From positions 1 to 45,244 of the forward strand of contig JBGUEF010000001.1 of the NCBI GenBank assembly GCA_041821485.1: a stretch of 45,244 nt of DNA, given 5' to 3'. This document shows, piece after piece, positions 8,146 through 19,941 of this stretch. The DNA is from Deltaproteobacteria bacterium. GTDB lineage: Bacteria > Myxococcota_A > Polyangia > Polyangiales > Houyiibacteriaceae. Position numbers and translations under genes: made by a program. Position 1 is the stretch's first letter, and each line of letters opens with the position of its first letter. Below the pieces are notes generated by a model that was not told the DNA's origin, did no database searches, and was given only the letters and a program-made list of their open reading frames with translations.

Positions 8146-10424
8146 GCACACCAGCGAACTTTCCCGGAGAGCCCGACAGCTCGGCCAAAATCGCCCGCGA
8201 GTTCGGGCTGGCGGAGCACGAATGGGATCGCGTTCTGAGCACCCTCGGCCGCGCTCCCAGCTATGCGGAGCTCGGCGTCATCAGCGTCATGTGGTCCGAG
8301 CACTGCTCGTACAAGTCTTCGCGCGTCCACCTCGCACGGCTGCCCACGACCGGCCCACAGGTGGTTCAGGGGCCCGGCGAAAACGCCGGCGCCGTGGACA
8401 TCGGCGATGGGTTTTGCGCCGTGTTCAAGATGGAGTCGCACAACCACCCGTCCTACATCGAACCTTACCAGGGCGCTGCGACTGGTGTGGGCGGCATCTT
8501 GCGGGACGTGTTCACGATGGGTGCGCGTCCGGTGGCATCCCTGAACTCGCTCCGTTTCGGCCGGCCCGATCATCCCAAAACCCCTCACCTGCTCAAAGGC
8601 GTGGTCGCGGGAATCGGGGGGTACGGCAACTGTATCGGTGTCCCCACGGTGGGCGGCGAAGTGCAGTTCGACCCGAGCTACGACGGGAACATCTTGGTCA
8701 ACGCATTCACGGTCGGTGTCGCCAAAACCGACGAGCTCTTCTTCGGAGTCGCCGAAGGCGTGGGCAATCCGATCATCTACGTCGGCGCAAAGACCGGCCG
8801 CGACGGGATTCATGGCGCCACGATGGCCAGCGCGGAGTTCGGCGAGGAGACCGACAGTAAGCTTCCCACAGTGCAGGTCGGCGACCCATTCATGGAGAAG
8901 CTGCTCCTCGAAGCCTGCCTCGAGATTTTTGCAACTGACTGCCTGTCGGGTGTGCAAGACATGGGCGCTGCGGGCCTGACCTCTTCGTCAGTCGAAATGG
9001 CGGATCGCGCAGGCAATGGCATCGAGCTCGACCTGGATGCGATTCCACGACGAACCAAAGCGCTCAGCCCCTACGAGATGCTCCTGAGCGAGTCGCAGGA
9101 GCGCATGCTGATGGTCGCCAAAGACGGGCGTGAGCAGGAAGTGTTCGACCTCTGTGCCAAGTGGGACCTGGATGCATCGATCGTCGGCCGCGTGACCGAC
9201 ACCGGTCGCTTCGTTTGCAAGGCCACGCCCGGGCACGACCCGTTCGATGGCACCGGCAAACCCGATCCGGTCGTCGTCGTGGACCTCCCCGTCGATCTCC
9301 TGACGAACGCAGCTCCCAAATATGACCGTCCCCAAGAGGCTCGCCCCGAGCGGGCCACGTTGGTGACAATGACGGGCGACGCACCCGATGACCTCGGCGC
9401 CGAGCTCGTACGCCTGATCGGCTCGCCCAACATTGGAAGTCGATCCTGGATCTGGCGGCAGTACGACCACATCGTCCGAAATGGCACGGTGATTCGTCCA
9501 GGCGAAGGCGATGCGGCGGTGATTCGCGTTTTCTGTGAGGACGATTCCGGAACCCGAGAGAAGTTCCTAGCGGTTTCGTCCGACTGCAACGGCCGGCACG
9601 TCGAGCTCGACCCGTTTGGCGGGGCTGCCATGGCCGTCGCCGAATGCACGCGCAACATCGTGTGTGTCGGTGCCAAACCGCTCGGCCTCACCGACTGCCT
9701 CAACTTCGGCAACCCCGAAGTGCCGGAACAAATGTGGCGCTTCGCGCAAGCGATCGACGGCCTGGCCGCGGCTTGCACTGCCCTAGGCGCTCCGGTCGTG
9801 TCCGGCAACGTCAGCCTTTACAACGAGACCGATGGCAAGGCGATCCTGCCAACGCCAACGGTCGCAGTCGTCGGTCAGCTCGAAGATCCGGAGCATCGGC
9901 TCGGGCTTGGATTCATCCGCGAAGGCGACGTCATCGCTCACCTCGGACGCCCATCTCGCGGCGTGCTCGGTGGCTCGGAATGGCTCGTCCAGCACAGCGG
10001 CTCGATCACGGGTGCGCCCGTCGGCATCGATTTGGAAGCAGAGGCCGCCCTTCAGCATGCAATGCTCGAGCTTGCTCGCGGCAAGTTGGTGAAGAGCGCG
10101 CACGACATCAGCGACGGCGGGTTTGCCGTGTGCCTCGCCGAGGCATGCATTGCACACGGGCACGGCGCGCGCGTCACCCTCCCATCGAGTGAAGACGCTC
10201 CGGCTCACGCTCTGCTCTTCAGCGAAGAACCCTCGCGCATCATCGTGAGCCTCCCCGCTGCCAACGTCGGCGCCGCAGGCGACATCTGCAAACGCTACGG
10301 CGTGCCATTCGAGAAGATCGGGGCCGTCTCCGGCCAGACCCTTGCGATCGACGGGGCTTGCGAAGTCCCTGTCGAGGAGCTGGCCGAATCCCACGCCGCC
10401 GCGCTCGACGCGATCGTCAGCTAG
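8142..10424 (+). CDS. purL: phosphoribosylformylglycinamidine synthase subunit PurL
   Basis: 760 aa from the ATG at 8142, which forms an ATGA overlap with the purQ stop. Motifs: [64 protein letters not shown]. Confidence 0.92.
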   Translation: MSTPANFPGEPDSSAKIAREFGLAEHEWDRVLSTLGRAPSYAELGVISVMWSEHCSYKSSRVHLARLPTTGPQVVQGPGENAGAVDIGDGFCAVFKMESHNHPSYIEPYQGAATGVGGILRDVFTMGARPVASLNSLRFGRPDHPKTPHLLKGVVAGIGGYGNCIGVPTVGGEVQFDPSYDGNILVNAFTVGVAKTDELFFGVAEGVGNPIIYVGAKTGRDGIHGATMASAEFGEETDSKLPTVQVGDPFMEKLLLEACLEIFATDCLSGVQDMGAAGLTSSSVEMADRAGNGIELDLDAIPRRTKALSPYEMLLSESQERMLMVAKDGREQEVFDLCAKWDLDASIVGRVTDTGRFVCKATPGHDPFDGTGKPDPVVVVDLPVDLLTNAAPKYDRPQEARPERATLVTMTGDAPDDLGAELVRLIGSPNIGSRSWIWRQYDHIVRNGTVIRPGEGDAAVIRVFCEDDSGTREKFLAVSSDCNGRHVELDPFGGAAMAVAECTRNIVCVGAKPLGLTDCLNFGNPEVPEQMWRFAQAIDGLAAACTALGAPVVSGNVSLYNETDGKAILPTPTVAVVGQLEDPEHRLGLGFIREGDVIAHLGRPSRGVLGGSEWLVQHSGSITGAPVGIDLEAEAALQHAMLELARGKLVKSAHDISDGGFAVCLAEACIAHGHGARVTLPSSEDAPAHALLFSEEPSRIIVSLPAANVGAAGDICKRYGVPFEKIGAVSGQTLAIDGACEVPVEELAESHAAALDAIVS

Positions 10425-11764
10425 TCTTCTTGTTCTCTTGTTCTTTTGGGGGTCAAGGAGTAGCCGGCCAGCGCTGCCACGGCGGCGACGGCGATCCAAG
10501 GAAGGAGACCGGTTTCGTTCTTGAACGCGTTGTAGAGCATCCAAATGGAAGCGCTCGCGTAGATGGCCGCTGCGACCAAGGCCTGAGGCCGCGGGGCTCT
10601 GAGCTTCGGTTTGTGCCGCTTCACACGGAAAAGACCGACGGCGACCAACGCAGAAAACAAGACGAGAACACCGGCCACGTTGGTGAGGAGCTCACCGATC
10701 GTGTGCACGTAAAGCAACAGAATCGCGAGCGCGCCCTGGAGAATCACCGCGGCGCGGGGCGGCGCTCCTGGTTTCCCGCGCAAGAACGACGGGAGGAATC
10801 CGTCGCGAGCCATCTCGGCGTAGACACGGGGCCCGACGAGGAGCATGGCGCTGGTGCTCGACACCATGATCGCAGCGATGCCGATCGACATGGCGCTGGA
10901 TCCCGCATCTCCCAGGAAGTCCTGGGCCACCAAGTGTCCGAGCGTCACCCTCGCCTCCTCGTACTCGAAGACGATTCGCGCGCGCTCTGGGGTCAGATTC
11001 GCGACGAGGATCCAATTCACGAACAGGTAGGCGATCCCGACCAGCGCACAGCCGATCAACATCGCTCGCGGCACATCCCGCCGCGGTGCTCGAAACTCCT
11101 CGGCTGCGTACGCCGCCGCGTTCCAACCCGAGAACGCGTACGCCACGAAGAACAGACTGCTGGCGAACGGAAGCACATGGCTCGCGGGTTCTCTCGCTGG
11201 GACCCAGTGCGGCCACTGGTTGTCACCCAAGGACAAACCGAGCGCCACGAACGCGAGGACGAGAAGACCCTTGACGATGACGAGCCCGTTCTGCGTCCAT
11301 TTCGAGGACCGAAGCCCGATGGTATGGAACACGGTCAGGGCGGCGATCAGAGCAGCCGCTCCAAAGCGCGCGTCACCCGCGCCGAACACCGCGAAGGCGA
11401 AAGCCGCCGCCCCAAATGCGCTGATCGCCATGGGAGCCGAGAACCCGACGAGCAGCGAGGCCCAACCCGCGACATAGCCGATCGCGGGATGAAGCAGCTC
11501 GGATAGATAGCGGTACTCGCCACCGGACCGCGGAATCAGCACAGCGGCCTCGGCGTACGTGCGCGCGCCCGCCATCGCCAGCAGCGCACCGACGATCCAA
11601 GCGGCAAGGATCCACCCCGCGCTGAGCTCCTGAGCCATGAAGCCAGCACTCAGAAAGACGCCCGCGCCAATCATGTTGGCGACCACCAGGCCGACCCCAG
11701 ACCCCAGGTCCAAGAATCCTTGGCCCGCGTTGGGCGCCGGTGAATCTGACTCTTTCGTGCGCAC
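10421..11764 (-). CDS. APC-family amino acid permease
   Basis: 447 aa, about 12 TM segments. N-terminal motif [15 protein letters not shown], then [11 protein letters not shown], is typical of APC/amino-acid-polyamine transporters. Its stop shares the CTAG at 10421-10424 with the purL stop. Confidence 0.8.
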   Translation of the reverse strand: MRTKESDSPAPNAGQGFLDLGSGVGLVVANMIGAGVFLSAGFMAQELSAGWILAAWIVGALLAMAGARTYAEAAVLIPRSGGEYRYLSELLHPAIGYVAGWASLLVGFSAPMAISAFGAAAFAFAVFGAGDARFGAAALIAALTVFHTIGLRSSKWTQNGLVIVKGLLVLAFVALGLSLGDNQWPHWVPAREPASHVLPFASSLFFVAYAFSGWNAAAYAAEEFRAPRRDVPRAMLIGCALVGIAYLFVNWILVANLTPERARIVFEYEEARVTLGHLVAQDFLGDAGSSAMSIGIAAIMVSSTSAMLLVGPRVYAEMARDGFLPSFLRGKPGAPPRAAVILQGALAILLLYVHTIGELLTNVAGVLVLFSALVAVGLFRVKRHKPKLRAPRPQALVAAAIYASASIWMLYNAFKNETGLLPWIAVAAVAALAGYSLTPKRTREQED

Positions 11765-11813
11765 CCGGGTCGTTGCGATCTTCTCTTGAGGAGTGCCCTG
11801 ATTTCGGTCGGTT

Positions 11814-11833
11814 GGGGACCGGAGAGTGTCCCC
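11814..11833 (-). terminator. hairpin overlapping the smc stop codon (possible weak terminator/attenuator)
   Basis: GGGGAC-cggagagt-GTCCCC: a 6-bp stem with an 8-nt loop. The stem sequence is the same as the repeat core. No T tract follows on the minus strand, so terminator function is doubtful. Confidence 0.3.
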
Positions 11834-14800
11834 TATTCGGCCGCTTCAACCCTGGCGGCGAGGGGGCGCTTTTCACCTCGGAGCTCTACGGAAACGAGCT
11901 TGGAGACGCCGGGCTGTTCCATGGTGACGCCGTAGAGGACGTCGGCGAACTCCATGGTTCGCTTGGAGTGCGTGATGATGATGAACTGGGAGCGGTCGGT
12001 CATCTGCTGGATGGTTTCGGCAAAGCGGCCGATGTTCGCTTCGTCGAGTGGGGCGTCGACCTCGTCGAGCAGACAGAAGGGGCTCGGCTTGTACTGGAAG
12101 ATCGCGAAGATCATCGCGACCGCGGTCAGGGCCTTCTCGCCGCCGCTCATCAGCTCGAGCGAACCGAGGCGCTTGCCTGGTGGCTGCGCGATGATCTCTA
12201 CGCCGGTCTCCAGCATGTCTTGCGGGTCGGTCAGCCGTAGCTCTGCCTTACCCCCGCGAAAGAGCATCGGGAAGATGCGCTTGAAGCGCTCGTTGATCGC
12301 GGCGAACGCCTCCCGGAAGAGCGCCCTGCTCTCACGGTTCATCTGACGGATTGCCTTCTCGAGCTTGGTGAGAGCATCGTCCAGATCGCGCCGTTGCGCC
12401 GTGAGGTACTCGTAGCGCTCGGCGTTTTCTTCGTACTCCTCGATCGCGGTGAGGTTGATCTCGCCCATCCGGTCGATCAACCGCTGTAGCTCTTCGGCGC
12501 GCGCAGTGACCTCGTCATCGGGCACCGGCCGCGCATGGTGGTCACCAATGACATACGCCAGCTCGACGCGATGCTTATCGAGAACCTGCTCTTCGAGGTG
12601 CGCGAGTGACAGCGTCAACTCACGCTCGCGAAGCGTCAGCTCGTTGAGCTCCGTGGACTGCTCGTCGATGGTGGACCGCAACTGCTTCAGGGAAGCCTCC
12701 GATCCGCCGATTTGCGTCTGAGCTTCGTCGTAGCGCGCCCGCTGATTCGAAAGCTCGGCGCGAGCCCCGGCGGCCTCGTGGGCTGTTTCGCTCAAGCGGC
12801 CGCGGTGCAGGAGGACTCGTCCGGCCGCCTGGCCTTGATCGCGATCCGCGATGGCGACGTCCTCACGCAGTCGCTCCTCGCGCGCGTTGAGCTCCGTGAC
12901 CGAACGATCGAGTTGGCCCAGCATCGAGCGCTCGCGATCGGCACGCTCGTGGGATTGGGTCGCGCCCACCTTGACCTCGGTCGCCTTGGCAGCTTGTTCC
13001 TCCACGACGCGACGGCGTTCGATGAGCACGCTTTCGGCCACGCGTGCAGCCTCTTCGGCATTCCTCACGTCGCGCTCCGCGTCCGCGAGCAGGCGCTTCG
13101 TATCGTTTTCGTCGACGTCGACCTGAGACAACGACGCCCGACCTTCGGCATCCGCGCTGGCGATCTCTTGGCGGCGCTCGGCGATTCGCTGGACCTCCAT
13201 CTCGACGAGGTGGAGATCCCGCTCAGCGCCGAGGATTGCCAGCTCTGCGTCGTGGGCCTGGACCCTGGCCGAGTCGATGGCGGCCTGTCGCTCGGCGATG
13301 CTTGCCCGAATACTGCCCTGATTCGCGGTAGCCCGCTCGAGCTCCGAGCGTTGCAAGGCCGACGCTTCTTCGAGCTCCCGAATCTCGCGCTTCAAGCGAA
13401 GCAGATGCGCGGCCGACTCATCCTTGGCGCCGCCAACGACGGCACCATCGGGAAGCAAGGCCTGCCCGTCCAGCGTGACCAGCTTCCCCTGGAAGCCCTC
13501 TCGGTGCAGGCGTGCAGCGGACTGCAGCGTGTCGACGACCAACACGTCGTACAACAGGTAGCGCACCCACGCGCTGTCCGCGGGCGAGTAGCGCATCAAG
13601 GTCAGGAGCGGCCCAACGATGCCCATCCCCGTGGGGAACGGCGGCACGATCCGCGCGGCCCCGCCGGGCGAACGAGGAAGGAACGTCGCGCGGCCCTTCT
13701 CGCCGCGAGCGAGGTAGTCCGCGGCGCGCAGCGCCGCATCCGTGTCGTCGACGAGCAAGTACTCGAGCGCGCCACCGAGCGCAGCGCCCAACGCCCGTGT
13801 GTGCTCCGCTGCACACTCCAAGCGATCGGCAACCAACCCAACCAGCCCGGACCCAACCGCGTCACCCGATGTGTTGGCGTACCCGGTCATCACCGCTTGC
13901 GCTCCGGCGCCCACGCCTTCGAAGCGTTCGTGAATTTCGTTGAGGGAACGGAGCCTCGAGCTCGTCACCGCAAGCTTCTCGCGGAGCGCGTCGACCTCTG
14001 CGTCCGCGTGGTGCAACGCGTCTTTGCCCGTCGACAGCGACGTTTCGATTTCGGTTTGACGCTCCGCAGTCGCGGATTTTCCGCTGCGCAGCCCGACCAT
14101 CCGCGCCTCGAACTCCCCGCGTTGCTGCGTGAACTCGATTTCACGCGTGGCAAGCGTCTCTAGTTCTTCCCGCAAGCGCTCGAGACGTGAGCGAATGTCT
14201 TGGCGTCGCGCGTCGTAGCCGTTGAGAACCGCCTCGGCGCCTGCCGCTCGGGCGCGCCCTTCCGCCAGCTGCACCCGCGCGCCTTGAAGCGCGGCTTCGG
14301 CCTCTTCTGCCGTGTTTTTGCGGATTTGGAGCTCTGCTTCGACCTCCGCAAGGAGCTGTTCAGCTTCCGTTTCGAGGGCCTCGAGCTCGCTCAGAGACAG
14401 GCGAACCGTCGACGCCTCTTGCTCCAACCCGTCGCGCTGCTCTTCGAGTTGGCGCAACTCGCGCGTCGCGAGTTCTTTGCGCTCGATCAACGCCGCTTGT
14501 CGATCCTGTTGTTGGCGGATCAAACCTTCGAGCTGTCGAACCAAGTTGTCGAGCTCATAAGCGCGCCCTTGCCCGCGCTCGACCTCCGAGCCCAACTGTT
14601 GCAGCGACACGCGCTCTGCTTCGACCGACGCCTCTTTCGCGACCAATGCGCGGCGGCTCGCTTGCACGTCTTCACTGGCCTTCGACAACAGCAAAGTGGA
14701 CGAGGTGATCTGTCCTCGCAGATCCAAGAAACGGTGCGACGCAACCCACAAGTCGAGGTCGCGCATTTCTTTCTTGTAGCGCTTGTAGCGTTCTGCCTTT

Positions 14801-15438
14801 TGCGCTTGCCGCTTGAGCGACGCGAGACTGCGCTCGAGCTCGCCGATGATGTCGGTAACGCGCAGAAGATTCTGACGCGTTTGGTCCATCTTGCGTTCGG
14901 CGGCTCGCTTGCTCAGCTTGAACTTGCTGATGCCGGCTGCCTCTTCGATCATCGAGCGACGGTCCTCCGGCTTGGATGTGACGATGAACCCGATGCGCCC
15001 CTGCTCGATGATCGAGTACGCGCGCTTGCCGACGCCGGTACCCAAGAACAAGTTGGTGATGTCGAGCAGCCGGACCGGCGTCCGATTGATGAAGTAGTCG
15101 CTGTTGCCCTGGCGATCGAGACGCCGGGTGACCTGAATCTCCGCGTAGTCGCTGTACTCGGGCGGGGCTAGACCGTCCGTGTTGTCGAACGTCAGCGTCA
15201 CGTCCGCAAAACCGTGAGGCCCACGCCCCTCGGCGCCGCTGAAGATGACGTCCTCCATGTGCTTGCCGCGGAGGCGGGCGGCCGACTGCTCACCCATGCA
15301 CCACTTGATGGCATCCACGATGTTGGATTTGCCGCACCCGTTCGGCCCCACGACGCAGGTGATGTCGTGGTCGAAATGGACCGTCGTCTGGTCGACGAAG
15401 GATTTGAAGCCAACGATTTGGAGCTTCTTGATCTTCAC
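11833..15438 (-). CDS. smc: chromosome segregation protein SMC
   Basis: About 1200 aa. N-terminus is VKIKKLQIVGFKSF...GPNGCGKSN (Walker A). Long coiled coils and a central hinge follow, then C-terminal LSGGEKALTAVA and CLLDEVDAPLD (signature and Walker B). I prefer the GTG at 15438; the tracked TTG is at 15450. Confidence 0.95.
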   Translation of the reverse strand: MKIKKLQIVGFKSFVDQTTVHFDHDITCVVGPNGCGKSNIVDAIKWCMGEQSAARLRGKHMEDVIFSGAEGRGPHGFADVTLTFDNTDGLAPPEYSDYAEIQVTRRLDRQGNSDYFINRTPVRLLDITNLFLGTGVGKRAYSIIEQGRIGFIVTSKPEDRRSMIEEAAGISKFKLSKRAAERKMDQTRQNLLRVTDIIGELERSLASLKRQAQKAERYKRYKKEMRDLDLWVASHRFLDLRGQITSSTLLLSKASEDVQASRRALVAKEASVEAERVSLQQLGSEVERGQGRAYELDNLVRQLEGLIRQQQDRQAALIERKELATRELRQLEEQRDGLEQEASTVRLSLSELEALETEAEQLLAEVEAELQIRKNTAEEAEAALQGARVQLAEGRARAAGAEAVLNGYDARRQDIRSRLERLREELETLATREIEFTQQRGEFEARMVGLRSGKSATAERQTEIETSLSTGKDALHHADAEVDALREKLAVTSSRLRSLNEIHERFEGVGAGAQAVMTGYANTSGDAVGSGLVGLVADRLECAAEHTRALGAALGGALEYLLVDDTDAALRAADYLARGEKGRATFLPRSPGGAARIVPPFPTGMGIVGPLLTLMRYSPADSAWVRYLLYDVLVVDTLQSAARLHREGFQGKLVTLDGQALLPDGAVVGGAKDESAAHLLRLKREIRELEEASALQRSELERATANQGSIRASIAERQAAIDSARVQAHDAELAILGAERDLHLVEMEVQRIAERRQEIASADAEGRASLSQVDVDENDTKRLLADAERDVRNAEEAARVAESVLIERRRVVEEQAAKATEVKVGATQSHERADRERSMLGQLDRSVTELNAREERLREDVAIADRDQGQAAGRVLLHRGRLSETAHEAAGARAELSNQRARYDEAQTQIGGSEASLKQLRSTIDEQSTELNELTLRERELTLSLAHLEEQVLDKHRVELAYVIGDHHARPVPDDEVTARAEELQRLIDRMGEINLTAIEEYEENAERYEYLTAQRRDLDDALTKLEKAIRQMNRESRALFREAFAAINERFKRIFPMLFRGGKAELRLTDPQDMLETGVEIIAQPPGKRLGSLELMSGGEKALTAVAMIFAIFQYKPSPFCLLDEVDAPLDEANIGRFAETIQQMTDRSQFIIITHSKRTMEFADVLYGVTMEQPGVSKLVSVELRGEKRPLAARVEAAE

Positions 15439-15596
15439 GCTGCCCCCCAAAGGAGTAGATGGACGTGGCTATCACTGAACATACGATATTGCAACGGCTT
15501 ACGCGACCAGAAGCGCGGGTCAGTGTGTGACCCCCACTATATATTGTGGTTGAGCCGCGCGGCCCCGCCTAGTTTTGAACTGATGCGAGGGGGTTC

Positions 15597-16337
15597 CTAC
15601 TCGGATTCGGCCGACGCGGCCGCCTCGGCGCCGGGTGACTCGGAGACGGCCCGCTCAGGAAAGGACGACGCCTGGCCCCGGTCCCGGAGGAATTCGAGGA
15701 AGGTTCCCGCCAGCTCCATGTCTCGAGACGAAAGACGCTCGACCAGCGCGTGGAGCCTCTGCCGATGCGTGTCGCTCACCGCCACCCGGCTGACCCGCTC
15801 GTCCGGCTCAGCCGGCTCAGCCGGCTGCGCGGTTTCGGCCTGGACGTCCCCGACGTCCTGGGCTGTCGGAACGTGCCACGTGGGTCGCTCTACCGAGTGG
15901 ATCCCATGGGCGGTCAACCAGGAGTCCATACAGGAGCGCAAACGCTCGGACCGAAACGCAAACCAGCGCTCCCGATCGACCGGATGATTCACCAGCGCAT
16001 CCTTGAAGCGCCGAAATGCGCCCTTTCCATCGATCGCGACGTTGAGCCGTCGCCGGAGCTCTTCATCCTCGACCGTCGCGATGAAGCGCTCCATCCATCG
16101 ATACTGCTCGCGCGAGGAAACCGGATCGATTCGGAGGTAGCGGCTGTCGCTGATGATGCGCGTGTGCATCGAAGGGTCAGCAACCCCATCGACGATGCGA
16201 ATCACCTCGCCGGTGTCGAAGTGCAAATAGCTGTGCACCTCAGGTGCGTTGTTTTCAAATGCGTCTTCGAGTGCCTCCCAAGCTACCGGTACCTCTAGTT
16301 CTTCTTTGTTGTCTTGCCCGACATCATTCTCGCTCAT
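15597..16337 (-). CDS. UPF0158-like hypothetical protein
   Basis: 246 aa. The central [12 protein letters not shown]...RWFAF segment resembles my recollection of the UPF0158 family. The C-terminus is acidic and contains the AEPAEP repeat. The start ATG overlaps the glpK stop (ATGA). Confidence 0.5.
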   Translation of the reverse strand: MSENDVGQDNKEELEVPVAWEALEDAFENNAPEVHSYLHFDTGEVIRIVDGVADPSMHTRIISDSRYLRIDPVSSREQYRWMERFIATVEDEELRRRLNVAIDGKGAFRRFKDALVNHPVDRERWFAFRSERLRSCMDSWLTAHGIHSVERPTWHVPTAQDVGDVQAETAQPAEPAEPDERVSRVAVSDTHRQRLHALVERLSSRDMELAGTFLEFLRDRGQASSFPERAVSESPGAEAAASAESE

Positions 16338-17833
16338 TTTATTCCCATTTCACTTCGCGCCCGCCGTACCGCGTCGCGCCATCGCCTCAAATGCCCGTCT
16401 CGTTCGGGTTGGGTGACCTGAGGCTCAAAGCTACGCTCGATACGGTAAGCATCTACAATAGAACTAAGACCGTCGAATACACCAACGGCCATGCCAGCTA
16501 AGTAAGCAGCTCCTAACGCGGTCGTTTCGACATTCTCGGGACGATCGATCGTCACCCCGAGCATGTCGGCTTCAAATTGCATGAGTAAGTCATTGCGGGC
16601 CGCACCACCGTCGACCCTCAAACGCTTTATAGGGCGATCGGCGTCCGCTTGCATCGCGTCGACCAGGTCGACGATTTGGAACGCGATTCCTTCGAGGGTT
16701 GCGCGCGCAAGGTGCGCCGCCGTCGTATCCCTCGTGAGCCCGTAGATGAGGCCCCGGGCATGCGGGTCCCAATACGGTGCCCCCAACCCCGCCAAAGCCG
16801 GCACGAACACGACATCCCCGGTGGCGTCGACCTCCCTGGCCTTGGCTTCGATTTCGTCGGACGAGGAGATGATCCCAAGCCCGTCCCGCAGCCATTGGAC
16901 GGCGGCGCCGGCGACGAACGCGCTCCCTTCGAGGGCATACACCGTCTCATCGCCCAGCCGCCACGCGATCGTCGTGAGGAGCCCGTTCTTGGAGTGCACC
17001 AGGTCCGTCCCGGTGTTCATGAGCAGAAACGCGCCCGTGCCATACGTGCACTTGGCGTCGCCGACGCCGAAGCAGGTCTGACCAAACAATGCGGCCTGCT
17101 GATCGCCCGCCATTCCGGCGATCGGGACCCCATCAGGCACCCCGGGGACGCCGGACGTGTGAGCATACACCTCGGAGCAGCTTCGGACCTCCGGCAGCAA
17201 GGCCATCGGCACGTGCAGCTCGGCCGCGAGCTCTTCGTCCCAGTGTCCCTTCCCGATGTCATACAGCAAGGTCCGCGAGGCGTTGCTCGCGTCGGTGACG
17301 TGCGCCTTCCCGCCAGACAGTCGATAGACCAACCAGGAGTCGATCGTACCAAAGGCCAGCTCGCCCTTCTCCGCGCGAGCCCTCGCACCGTCGACGTGCT
17401 CGAGAAGCCATTCGAGCTTCGTTCCGGCCAAGTACGGATCGAGCACGAGCCCGGTCCGCTCGCGGAACATCTCCTCCTTGCCCGCGTCTTTGAGCTCTTG
17501 GCAGCGGTCCGCGGTGCGGCGGTCCTGCCAGACGATGGCATTGTGAACCGCTGCCCCGGTGTTCCGGTCCCAAAGGACCGTAGTTTCCCGCTGATTGGTG
17601 ATTCCAATGCCCAAGCAATCCGTCGGCGCAACGCCCGCCCGCTCCAAGGCCTCAGTCACGGCTGCGCCGACGCTTTGCCAAATCTCCTCGAGGTCGTGCT
17701 CGACCCAGCCGGGCCTAGGGAAATGCTGCGGAAACTCGCGGTTCGCGCGCCCTAGAATCTGCCCAGTGGGAGACAAGAGCAACGCAGTGGAACCGGTGGT
17801 CCCCTGATCGATCGACAAAAGAAAGCCCGACAT
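16334..17833 (-). CDS. glpK: glycerol kinase
   Basis: 499 aa from the internal ATG ([16 protein letters not shown]). Motifs: [71 protein letters not shown]. Confidence 0.93.
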   Translation of the reverse strand: MSGFLLSIDQGTTGSTALLLSPTGQILGRANREFPQHFPRPGWVEHDLEEIWQSVGAAVTEALERAGVAPTDCLGIGITNQRETTVLWDRNTGAAVHNAIVWQDRRTADRCQELKDAGKEEMFRERTGLVLDPYLAGTKLEWLLEHVDGARARAEKGELAFGTIDSWLVYRLSGGKAHVTDASNASRTLLYDIGKGHWDEELAAELHVPMALLPEVRSCSEVYAHTSGVPGVPDGVPIAGMAGDQQAALFGQTCFGVGDAKCTYGTGAFLLMNTGTDLVHSKNGLLTTIAWRLGDETVYALEGSAFVAGAAVQWLRDGLGIISSSDEIEAKAREVDATGDVVFVPALAGLGAPYWDPHARGLIYGLTRDTTAAHLARATLEGIAFQIVDLVDAMQADADRPIKRLRVDGGAARNDLLMQFEADMLGVTIDRPENVETTALGAAYLAGMAVGVFDGLSSIVDAYRIERSFEPQVTQPERDGHLRRWRDAVRRARSEMGIK

Positions 17834-17876
17834 CCGAACGGCTACGGTACGAAGCCTCGGGAGCAAAGTAAAGCAG

Positions 17877-18974
17877 CTACTCGGAGTCGCTCATCCAGGC
17901 CTGAAACCTCGGCCAAGCATCGCCGAGACGCGCCTGCAGCTCGGTCTGAAGCGCCTCCAACTCTGCGGCGCTCGCGCCCAGAGCTCGCGCCCGCTCGTTG
18001 CACACCATCGCCGCCAGGCCCTGGTTACGGGCGCTCAAGGATTGGGCGAGAAGAGGCAACGCGTCGCGTTCCTCGGCGCCGAGGCGAATCGCTCGGCGCA
18101 GCAACCCGATCGCCTCGCCGTGTTTCTCGCTAGCGACGGACGCACGCCCCAACGCGAGGAACAGGCCCCCCGCCTTTCCCGACTCGCCGGCCCATTGAAT
18201 CCCGAGCCGTAAGACTTCGTTGGCGGCGTCGAGCTCACCCATGTTCGCGTACGCGGTGCCGAGCAGGTCGAGACTGGTCGACAAGCGTCCGTGAACGTCC
18301 TCGGCGAGGCTGTCGGCTTCCCCTGTCCGCAAGAGCATCGAAATTGGGGTCAGCCAGGGGTTGAGCATGGCGACCGTGGCCCCCCAGTTGCCGTGGGCGT
18401 TGGCCTCTTCGGCCTGGTCCACGACGGCCAGGTCGATCGCCACATCATCCTGCCGGTCGAGGCCGAGCTCCGAGCGCACGCGCTCGTCGAGCACATCTCT
18501 GAAGTCTTCGAGGGCCAACACGTGCCGAATGCCGTTGAACTCGAGGGCAACCTCGGAAAGGCCTAGGTCGTTCCGGAGCTCGAGCGGCTCCACGTTGAAC
18601 AAGGACGCCTCGAGCATGTAGCGCCCACCGATGTGCGCCTGCAGCGCCTCCACGTCGGGGTCGTCGGCGAGGGTCCAGCTCTGCAGTGGCGTCAGCAGGG
18701 ACTGTCCAATCGTCTCACGGAATTCAGAAAGCGGCACTTGCCGAACCGTCGGATCTTGACCGATCGAGAACTCGACAGTCGTCAGGTCTTCCGCGTGCGG
18801 GTTAGCCGTCAGACTGAGGACGCGTGCACCAGCGATGAGCGCGAGCCCAAGCGTGCTGCGGCCGATGATCTCACACGCCCTTTCGAAATCCTTGGACTGC
18901 GCGAGCACTTCCTCGAACCAGCCGTCAGGACGCGCGGTAGACAGGTCGTAAACCCGCGGAGAACCGCTGGTCAT
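17877..18974 (-). CDS. hypothetical protein with C-terminal TPR-like helical repeats
   Basis: 365 aa with coding-like GC3. I recognise no family for the N-terminal 220 aa. The C-terminus ([23 protein letters not shown]..., [21 protein letters not shown]) looks TPR-like. There is a 1-nt gap to the epimerase stop. Confidence 0.5.
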   Translation of the reverse strand: MTSGSPRVYDLSTARPDGWFEEVLAQSKDFERACEIIGRSTLGLALIAGARVLSLTANPHAEDLTTVEFSIGQDPTVRQVPLSEFRETIGQSLLTPLQSWTLADDPDVEALQAHIGGRYMLEASLFNVEPLELRNDLGLSEVALEFNGIRHVLALEDFRDVLDERVRSELGLDRQDDVAIDLAVVDQAEEANAHGNWGATVAMLNPWLTPISMLLRTGEADSLAEDVHGRLSTSLDLLGTAYANMGELDAANEVLRLGIQWAGESGKAGGLFLALGRASVASEKHGEAIGLLRRAIRLGAEERDALPLLAQSLSARNQGLAAMVCNERARALGASAAELEALQTELQARLGDAWPRFQAWMSDSE

Positions 18975-18975
18975 T

Positions 18976-19941
18976 TCACGCCTCGCCGTTGAGCTTGCGT
19001 CGATACCACTCGATCGTGTCGAGCAGCCCTTGCTCGAGCTCTACGTGCGCTCGAAACCCCAGAAGCTGTTCGGCCTTCCTGACGTCAGGAATGCGAAGCT
19101 CGACGTCAGGGAAGTCCCACTCGACGAACTCGATTGCGGATTTGCTCTCGGTGAGGCGGACGATCAGCTGCGCGAGCTGGTAAATCGTGATCGTGCTTCG
19201 TGGATTTCCGATGTTGAAGCTCTCGCCAACGGCCTCGTCCCGCGCCATTGCAAGCAGAATCGCCTCGACGATGTCATCGATGTAACACCACGAGCGAATC
19301 TGGTCGCCCTCGTTGTGTATGAGGATCTTGTCGCCCTGCAACGCCCGCACCACGAACGCATGCACCGCGCCCTCGCCGACCTGCCCCGGCCCGTAGATGT
19401 TGAACGGGCGAATGGCGACCGTCGGGAGGTCGAACTGCTTCCAGTAGTTGTGGGCGAGATGCTCCGTGGCGAGCTTGCTGACCGCATAGGTCCAACGGGC
19501 CTCGCCGACCGCTCCAAGACTGGTGACGTCGGCTTCCCGAACGCGAAACGCGTACGAGCCGAAGACCTCGCTCGTAGAGAAGTCGATCACACGCTTGACG
19601 CCTGTACAGTCATTGGCCGCGCGAAGAACGTTCATCGTACCCTCGAGCGAGATCTCCATCGTCGCCACGGGGTTCTTCAGGACCGTATCGACGCCGGCGA
19701 TCGACGCCATGTGGATCACGTACTCGCACCCCGTGACCGCTCTGCGAACCGCCGTCATGTCGCGAACATCGCCGACGATGAGTTCGACGTTCGGATGGCG
19801 ATCGAGGCCCGCCGCCGAGAGCGCGTTCCGGCGCAAGATATCGAGGACCCGGACGTGGTTATCTTCAGCGAGACGCGCGGTCAGCGCCGTCCCGATGAAC
19901 CCCGCGCCCCCGGTAATCAGGACGTGCGCCCCCTTCAGCAT
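18976..19941 (-). CDS. NAD-dependent epimerase/dehydratase (extended SDR)
   Basis: Rossmann motif ITGGAGFIGTAL and catalytic YAVSK. About 320 aa, typical of nucleotide-sugar epimerases. Substrate cannot be told from sequence. Confidence 0.85.
   Translation of the reverse strand: MLKGAHVLITGGAGFIGTALTARLAEDNHVRVLDILRRNALSAAGLDRHPNVELIVGDVRDMTAVRRAVTGCEYVIHMASIAGVDTVLKNPVATMEISLEGTMNVLRAANDCTGVKRVIDFSTSEVFGSYAFRVREADVTSLGAVGEARWTYAVSKLATEHLAHNYWKQFDLPTVAIRPFNIYGPGQVGEGAVHAFVVRALQGDKILIHNEGDQIRSWCYIDDIVEAILLAMARDEAVGESFNIGNPRSTITIYQLAQLIVRLTESKSAIEFVEWDFPDVELRIPDVRKAEQLLGFRAHVELEQGLLDTIEWYRRKLNGEA

Noticed and set aside
7281-10424. 1047-aa ORF as a genuine PurQ-PurL fusion protein
   Set aside because: The linker ([46 protein letters not shown]) is an out-of-frame reading of the conserved PurQ C-terminus. 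The true C-terminus, including HPE, is intact in frame +1. The simplest explanation is a 1-nt insertion or error, which is reported as a finding.
12712-14163. Long antisense or alternative-frame ORFs. Examples: 12712..14163, 14200..15171, 16649..17755, 19030..20022, 28441..29688, 35040..37031, 43008..44009, 10358..11506, 5087..6079
   Set aside because: They overlap strongly supported genes and have Arg/Pro/Gly/Ala-rich composition with no recognisable motifs. This is typical of stop-poor shadow frames in high-GC DNA.
15451-15596. Promoter/terminator calls in the smc upstream gap: hairpin GGGTCA-GTGT-TGACCC at 15518-15533 and an AT-rich CACTATATATTGTGG
   Set aside because: The hairpin lacks a T tract on the relevant (minus) strand. 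No -35/-10 pair with proper spacing could be defined, so the evidence is too weak for a feature call.
15803-15829. 9-bp tandem repeat CCGGCTCAG x2.7 as a possible VNTR or contingency locus
   Set aside because: It has fewer than 3 units, is in-frame (AEPAEP) and sits in a low-complexity acidic linker of the UPF0158-like protein. This is unremarkable without population data.
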